From positions 1 to 35,430 of IMG/VR virus record IMGVR_UViG_3300025816_000041: a DNA stretch of 35,430 nt; one strand, given 5' to 3'. Made by a program: the position numbers and the translations under genes. Below, in pieces: positions 33,361 to 35,430 of the stretch. This DNA is from a virus. Lineage: Duplodnaviria; Caudoviricetes. Numbering within the stretch: the stretch's first letter is position 1; the number at the start of each line of letters is the position of its first letter. The notes under the pieces are model-generated. The model did no database searches and was not told the origin of the DNA. It worked only from the letters and a program-made list of their open reading frames with translations.

Positions 33361-33622
33361 GATGGATTCCAACACCATCCTCCGTGCTTTGCTGGTCTTG
33401 GCTGGATGTGGTCATGGCATACTCTGCTAGACATCCGCTTCTCAACTCTGCACTTCTCAGTCGGCACTCGCATTTCTCAATGGTCAAAGTGGGAACTTCG
33501 CTTTCCCGATCACTCAATGAGCTTGGGTAGGAGTTGCGATTTCCTATGAATCAGAGTAGCGTGAGCCACCCTCGATTGCCACCGTAATGACAACCTAACT
33601 AAAGAACAGACTGCATTCAATC
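33361..33622 (-). ncRNA. Candidate multi-hairpin structured leader RNA
   Basis: Consecutive stems GATTG/CAGTC, GGTTGTCA/TGGCAATC, AGGGTGGC/GCTACTCT, TAGGA/TCCTA, GGGAA/TTCCC, GGATGT/ACATCC and GATGG/CCATC, several with G.U pairs favouring the minus strand. Confidence 0.45.
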
Positions 33623-33755
33623 AGCTGTAGCTAGATATGGCGATCATTATTTTCACTTTTTTTCATGCCCATCCATACCGCACTGGCACTGGGCTGGAGC
33701 GAATGCGTAGTTAAAGTGACAGTTATATTGAGCCCAAAGTGACACCATAAAGACG

Positions 33756-33800
33756 GGTAGATAGCTAGGTAGATAGCTAGGTAGATAGACAGGTAGATAG
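33756..33800. repeat. 12-bp tandem repeat GGTAGATAGCTA x3.75
   Basis: Directly visible in the divergent intergenic region. Confidence 0.85.
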
Positions 33801-33993
33801 TGGATGGTGTGCTGTGATACATTTCCACACTGCTACCAATATATCCCACTCATACAGTGACCAAGCACGCTTCTCTCAGTCTAATCACGTAGCATTTGTA
33901 GCTAGCTACGTAGCACCAAGATGTCCATAGTATTGGTATACAACGACTTACGAAATCTTGACGCTTAGGCATGGACGCAGTGGCACACTAGAC

Positions 33994-34060
33994 GGGGGGA
34001 GGGGGTTCAACAAAGTTCGTTCGAATTTTATCTTATATATATAAGACACCCCACAAAAAA
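33994..34060. other. Candidate packaging/terminus signal: G-tract, 16-bp palindrome, C/A tracts
   Basis: GGGGGGAGGGGG ... TCTTATATATATAAGA (34031-34046) ... CCCCACAAAAAA, upstream of terS at the strand switch. Confidence 0.35.
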
Positions 34061-34161
34061 TTCCAAAGCTCATACCGCATTCAACTTGACACCCAGAGTA
34101 ACATTGGACTCCATAGGGAAGTGATAACTTCCCAGAGCCCCCTCTTTATTTGTATATTGTA

Positions 34162-34253
34162 TGTATACTGGTATAGGTGTTGCAAATTTGCAATGGGTTA
34201 TTGCAAAAATGCAATAGGGTCCAGAGGGTCCTGTTGCAAAAATGAAATAGGGT
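34162..34253. repeat. Three TTGCAAnnnTGnAAT(A)GGGT repeats; homologous to the initiator gene 3' end
   Basis: 34162-34205 matches 27337-27380 at 38/44 positions by manual alignment. Confidence 0.75.
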
Positions 34254-34826
34254 ATGGATAATAACAAAGAAAAAGACGCACTGATGCAAAGCATCTCCAA
34301 TGCTATCGTAGAGATACAGAGGGAGAAGGAAGTGCATAAGACCAAGAGTCTGTCTAGACATAATCCAGAGAAGGTAGCTAAGATACTGTATCTACACGCA
34401 CTGGGTTGCTCGCAGACGAATATGATCCGCAAGCACGGTATCTCTAGGAGCACTATTGTGCAGGTGCTAGTTGATTACTCGGATCACACAAACTCCTTTA
34501 GGGAGCTAGGGGGACAGCTTTCCGCTAGGAGTTACGTCAACCTAGAGTCCCTAGAGGAGGATGTCATTGATGGCCTAAGAGTAAAGCTCGACAATGGGTA
34601 CGAGCCAGAGTTCAAGGACCTAAAGGAAATCTCAATTGCTAAAGCAAACTCCCAGAGGCAAGCAATGACAGCCAGAGGCGAGGCATCCCATGTGCTGGAT
34701 GTGAAGCAGGTGTATACAATAGATGACTTCAATGATACCCTAATTGCAGCTAGGGATAGAATTGAAAAGTTAAAGAAAGTGGAGGTAATTGAAGTGACCG
34801 AGGAGGCGGAAGTGTCCGATAAATAA
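34254..34826 (+). CDS. Terminase small subunit (putative)
   Basis: N-terminal HTH-like segment (GCSQTNMIRKHGISRSTI) and helical body; its stop abuts the terL ATG. Confidence 0.65.
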   Translation: MDNNKEKDALMQSISNAIVEIQREKEVHKTKSLSRHNPEKVAKILYLHALGCSQTNMIRKHGISRSTIVQVLVDYSDHTNSFRELGGQLSARSYVNLESLEEDVIDGLRVKLDNGYEPEFKDLKEISIAKANSQRQAMTARGEASHVLDVKQVYTIDDFNDTLIAARDRIEKLKKVEVIEVTEEAEVSDK

Positions 34827-35430
34827 ATGGAACTAGTATTCACACCGCACCCTCTAGTAGAGACCCCTACGGACGAGGAGATACTTATCCTAGGGCAGAG
34901 TGACCCCAGTGTCCTTGAAGAGCTTCACAGAGCACGTGAGGGGCTTATACGGGCATCACAGGAGGATCCCCTTAGACACGGATTTGACTTAGATGGTTGG
35001 GCAAGGATTCGGGACGGTGTACGGGATTACAATGAAGTGCTAGCATTGGGTGGAAATCGCAGTGGTAAAACCACGGGGTGTGCCAAGCTAGTGATGGAGG
35101 CCGTGACACAGAACAATGACGGTCATGTTGTGTGCTTCTCACAGAATGCAGATACATCCATTAAGGTGCAGCAAGCGGCGATATGGGATATGATGCCCAA
35201 GGAGTTCAAAAAGAAGACCAAGAGCATTGAGGGCTACATTAACTTCTCTATGCAGAATGGCTTTACTGCATCCTCCTTCATCTTCCCAGATACTAGGACT
35301 CGCGTGGACTTCAAGACGTACACGCAGTTCAGCAACAACCAGACTATCCTAGAGGGCTTCCAGTTTGGATTCAAGGGCAATCCAGAGTTGAATATCGGCA
35401 GTTGGCTTGACGAATATCTGGGTGATGCGG
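34827..35430 (+). CDS. terL: Terminase large subunit, N-terminal ATPase domain (partial; not in ORF track)
   Basis: MELVFTPHP...LGGNRSGKT (Walker A)...SWLDE (Walker B); open to the window end. Confidence 0.9.
   Translation, partial: MELVFTPHPLVETPTDEEILILGQSDPSVLEELHRAREGLIRASQEDPLRHGFDLDGWARIRDGVRDYNEVLALGGNRSGKTTGCAKLVMEAVTQNNDGHVVCFSQNADTSIKVQQAAIWDMMPKEFKKKTKSIEGYINFSMQNGFTASSFIFPDTRTRVDFKTYTQFSNNQTILEGFQFGFKGNPELNIGSWLDEYLGDA

Noticed and set aside
33102-33849. ORF-track entries 33102-33530, 33310-33549, 33320-33517 and 33631-33849
   Set aside because: They overlap the ribozymes, hairpins and tandem repeats, have mostly non-ATG starts or no leader motif, and show no recognisable protein features.
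34001-34011. GGGGGTTCAAC identical to the T-arm of the mini-tmRNA
   Set aside because: No complementary stem or acceptor arm follows; an 11-nt match inside a G-tract is plausibly chance.
34070-34453. 127-aa minus-strand ORF as an intact second initiator gene
   Set aside because: Only a ~15-codon patch resembles the initiator; the rest is antisense to terS and lacks the winged-helix motifs.
1-35430. Genome-wide stop-codon reassignment suggested by in-frame TAA junctions (311/330, 5618/5622, 7327/7331, 15808/15818, 34826/34827)
   Set aside because: Genes are full-length and densely packed under the standard code, TAATG overlaps show TAA is a true stop, and roughly a third of junctions are expected in frame by chance.

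Overview
This window is most of a tailed dsDNA phage genome (podovirus-like gene set), apparently circularly permuted: it starts in the last codons of a probable portal gene and ends inside the large terminase gene. The + strand (1-21541, 34254-35430) carries morphogenesis genes: two Lys/Ala-rich histone H1-like proteins, scaffold, SU10-type major capsid protein, tail and fibre proteins, lysis-type membrane proteins, and a 1907-aa polyvalent protein with zincin and ADP-ribosyltransferase-like domains. The - strand (21483-33262) carries replication/early genes: DnaB, initiator, ERF recombinase, exonuclease, endonuclease VII, dATP/dGTP diphosphohydrolase-like protein, SleB-type hydrolase and a MoxR-type AAA+/vWA pair. 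I saw no integrase, DNA polymerase, primase or RNA polymerase. The most notable content is non-coding RNA on the - strand. (1) A 67-nt mini-tmRNA made only of the tRNA-like domain, with G3.U70, a tmRNA-type D-loop, T-arm and encoded CCA but no tag reading frame (28157-28223). (2) Two type-II hammerhead ribozymes flanking an unannotated 56-aa ORF, each followed by an identical 35-nt leader-plus-start repeat (33039-33354). (3) Further hairpin-rich candidate RNAs, plus a second, diverged copy of the initiator gene's repeat-bearing 3' end upstream of terS. All protein family calls come from motif recognition by eye, not database searches.
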